In this document: piece after piece, positions 59,029 through 61,729 of the stretch
Layout of the letters: each line of letters begins with the position of its first letter
Position numbering within the stretch: the stretch's first letter is position 1
Source of the DNA: Basidiobolus meristosporus CBS 931.73
Lineage: Eukaryota; Fungi; Basidiobolomycota
Length of the DNA: 61,729 nucleotides
Reading direction: 5' to 3'
Assembly: GCA_002104905.1 (NCBI GenBank)
Contig: MCFE01000528.1
Location: 1 to 61,729 of the forward strand
Position numbers and translations under genes: made by a program
The notes under the pieces: generated by a model
Seen by the model: only the letters and a program-made list of their open reading frames with translations
Databases searched by the model: none
What the model was told of the DNA's origin: nothing

Positions 59029-61729
59029 ATGAACTCTATGCCGTTACCACTCTCACATGGAGCCCCACAGTTTGATGGAAAGAATGTGGAGAGCTTCATA
59101 TTCAAATGGGAGAAGCTCTGCAAGATGTGCAGCCTATCTGAACAAGAAATGGCTGAAGACTTCCCCTACTACTGCACTGATGATATTACTACCAAGCTTC
59201 TCAGACAAGGAGACATTCTGACTGACTGGACCTTAATGAAGACCTACCTACAGGCCGAGTATGGCAGACCCCAGATATACTATGGAATTGAAGACCTCAG
59301 ACACTTTGGGAGGATGGGACTCTCCAAGCTACCAATTGAAGAGTTCATTCAACAATATGAAGATATGGCCAAGCCACTCCTAGAGTCCCAGGCAATAACT
59401 GAGTTTACCATGACACTTTACCTTGCACAAGGGCTTCCCCAGGAGTTGGCAAGGAAAGTTGACCTACATGCAGCCAAGGATGACAAGTCTGGCATTCCTT
59501 GCTTTGCAGAGATGAAACGTGTACTCCTAGAGGCAAAGCAAACTTCTACCTTTATGAGACTCCTGACATCTAATCTGCCAGACCAGCCAACCAAGGAGCT
59601 AAAGAGTGCTGTTGCTGACAATCAGACCTACACTACCGACAGAATTGACCAACTTGCTGAACAGCTACAAAAGCTAGCCCTCAAGGTTAACGGCTCAGCT
59701 GAGGTAGCTACTGAGGGCCAAAGAGCTTTGCCTAGACACTGCATTTGGTGTGACTCTACTCAGCATGCCAGACGTGAATGCTCAGAGCTTAGCCAGCTAC
59801 TTAGAGAAGGAACAGTACAGTTTGATGCTGATGGAATGCTTGCTGATAAGGAAGGAAAAAGGATTCCCACTAATTTCCGAAGAGGCGGAATGAGAGCCCT
59901 TTTCCAGAAGTCTGACTCAGCAACTAGAAAGATTACTGTTGATGCCCCTATTGAGACTCATACAGTGAGTCCAAACAGCCCTGACAACAGAAAATACGAA
60001 GTAGACACCTTTGCTACTAAGAGACACCTTCCTGAAGAACCTGTCAAACCCATCCTTAGAAGACCACGATTTGAAGAGCCTGAGGTTATTATTGACAAGA
60101 GGCCTGGAACACTGCCTACCCAAGACCCATTACCTCACTTTCAGATGACCTCAAAGATAGCAGGCTACTCAAGCCCCCAATTGATTACTGAGAAACTACT
60201 GAAGCAGAACCTCACTTTGTCAGTTGGAGAAATCATGAGTGTATCACCGTCTGTTAGGAAGACCTTTGATGAGCAGCTTAGAACAAGAAGACAAGCTGTT
60301 GAACATATGGACACCCATATAATCCAGACAAACCATGAAGACCACAAAAAGGATGACAACGCTACCAAATATAAGACCTTTTACTCAGTTGCAACTGCTG
60401 TGGTGAAAGGGTATATACATGATGACCCTGTTGACTGCCATATTGACAGTGGTTCAGAGATTTGTGTTATGCCGCTAGACTTCTGGAAGACACTTAGAAG
60501 CAAGGAGCTACTGCCTGTTGATAGAGATATTGGATGGAACATGACTGATGCAAACTCAGGGTCTAGCCCACTCTATGGTGTAGTGCACAAGTTCCCTATT
60601 GAGGTACAAGGAATCAAGGTCTGGCTTCCCCTCTTTATCTGCCAGAAGGCAAACTTTGACCTTCTGTTAGGCAGACCATGGGAGACCAGTACTAAGGCTA
60701 CAACTACCAACTATTCTGATGGGTCAGTGTGGTACACTATACAAGGATCCAACCCAGGACTACAGTCAACATTCTGTGGGGTAACACCCAACAATAAGAG
60801 GACACATACCGCTTGCCAGAAGACACATCTTGTTATAGAAGAAGATGAGGAGCCTGACAGTATACACCCTAACAGTTGGAGCTGCTCATTAGGTATACAG
60901 GAGCAGTCAGCTATGGTTTGCACAAAATACAAGACAGTGGAACAGAAGATTAGACCATCACTTACACCTTTAACTGATGGGTCTCGACCTGCTGATTACA
61001 TCAGACCACCAGAAGGAACATCAGAAGATATACAACTTACACCTGAGAGACTTAAGCAACTTATCATTGGTGATGGAAACCTAACACCGGAGGAGATCTT
61101 ACTATTTGAAGAAACCCTGAAAAGGCATGATAAGGTTTTCTCATATAACGACAAGGAGATGGGACTCTTAAAGACATCGGTTGAAAAACCTATCAAAATT
61201 CATACAGTGCCCCACACACCCTGGTCATTTAAACCTTACCCACTGCCTAGAGGACTCCAAGCTGATGTGCATGACCTACTTAAGAAGAAGATTGAAGCTG
61301 GTATCCTAGAACCTTGCCATGGACCTTATGCTAACAGATGGTTTGTGACCAAAAAGAAGAATGGGAAGCTCCGATTCATTCAAGACATGCAACCTGCAAA
61401 TGCTGTCACTATCAGAGATGCCGCAATACCTCCGTCTATTGATGACTTTGCAGAAAGCTTTAGTGGTCACTCCATCTACTCAACATATGATCTCTACTCA
61501 GGATATGACCAGATTCCCCTAGATGAGACATCAAGAGATATGTTTGCACTCCAGACACCATTTGGACTGTTAAGAATGACAAGACTTAGCCAAGGGGCAA
61601 CAAACTCCGTGGCTCAGTTCCAGCGGTGCATGGTAAATGTGCTCTACCGGTTTATACCTGAGAAACTTGCTGTCTTTGTTGATGACATAGGCATCAAAGG
61701 ACCAAAACTCCGGGACACAACCGAAGTTA
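59029..61729 (+). CDS. Ty3/gypsy element F gag-pol polyprotein, single open frame of at least 900 codons, 3'-partial (runs off the window)
   Basis: Manual translation from ATG 59029 found no stop: gag (PQFDGKNVESF), zinc knuckle CIWCDSTQHARREC, protease HIDSGSEICVM..DLLLGRPW, RT (PYANRWFVTKKKNGKLRFIQDM, YDLYSGYDQI, FVDDIGIKG). Confidence 0.92.
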   Translation, partial: MNSMPLPLSHGAPQFDGKNVESFIFKWEKLCKMCSLSEQEMAEDFPYYCTDDITTKLLRQGDILTDWTLMKTYLQAEYGRPQIYYGIEDLRHFGRMGLSKLPIEEFIQQYEDMAKPLLESQAITEFTMTLYLAQGLPQELARKVDLHAAKDDKSGIPCFAEMKRVLLEAKQTSTFMRLLTSNLPDQPTKELKSAVADNQTYTTDRIDQLAEQLQKLALKVNGSAEVATEGQRALPRHCIWCDSTQHARRECSELSQLLREGTVQFDADGMLADKEGKRIPTNFRRGGMRALFQKSDSATRKITVDAPIETHTVSPNSPDNRKYEVDTFATKRHLPEEPVKPILRRPRFEEPEVIIDKRPGTLPTQDPLPHFQMTSKIAGYSSPQLITEKLLKQNLTLSVGEIMSVSPSVRKTFDEQLRTRRQAVEHMDTHIIQTNHEDHKKDDNATKYKTFYSVATAVVKGYIHDDPVDCHIDSGSEICVMPLDFWKTLRSKELLPVDRDIGWNMTDANSGSSPLYGVVHKFPIEVQGIKVWLPLFICQKANFDLLLGRPWETSTKATTTNYSDGSVWYTIQGSNPGLQSTFCGVTPNNKRTHTACQKTHLVIEEDEEPDSIHPNSWSCSLGIQEQSAMVCTKYKTVEQKIRPSLTPLTDGSRPADYIRPPEGTSEDIQLTPERLKQLIIGDGNLTPEEILLFEETLKRHDKVFSYNDKEMGLLKTSVEKPIKIHTVPHTPWSFKPYPLPRGLQADVHDLLKKKIEAGILEPCHGPYANRWFVTKKKNGKLRFIQDMQPANAVTIRDAAIPPSIDDFAESFSGHSIYSTYDLYSGYDQIPLDETSRDMFALQTPFGLLRMTRLSQGATNSVAQFQRCMVNVLYRFIPEKLAVFVDDIGIKGPKLRDTTEV

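Overview
Intron-rich fungal genomic DNA, probably from an early-diverging lineage (inferred from the gene set and intron style; the taxon cannot be proven from sequence alone). The window has two sharply different halves. Bases 1-32.1 kb are compact, CpG-normal and gene-dense. They hold 13 spliced or intronless genes: SDA1 (5'-partial), a DUF262/ParB-like protein, UAP1, AP-3 beta, adenylate cyclase, a CreA/Mig1-like C2H2 factor, a small secreted protein, Rab8/Sec4, a GCP6-like gamma-tubulin complex protein, cyclophilin H, an NTR2-like protein, RQC1/TCF25 and RPL16. Bases ~34.3-61.7 kb are a strongly CpG-depleted pile of nested Ty1/copia and Ty3/gypsy retrotransposons, solo LTRs and a MITE, ending in a gypsy gag-pol ORF that is uninterrupted up to the window edge. 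At the boundary (32.5-34.1 kb) is the most unusual feature: a ~1.6 kb palindrome whose arms each encode the same spliced, unrecognised 142-aa protein, transcribed head-to-head. The arms are ~98% identical, similarity stops at the two stop codons, and CpGs are retained. All exon coordinates and counts were made by eye.
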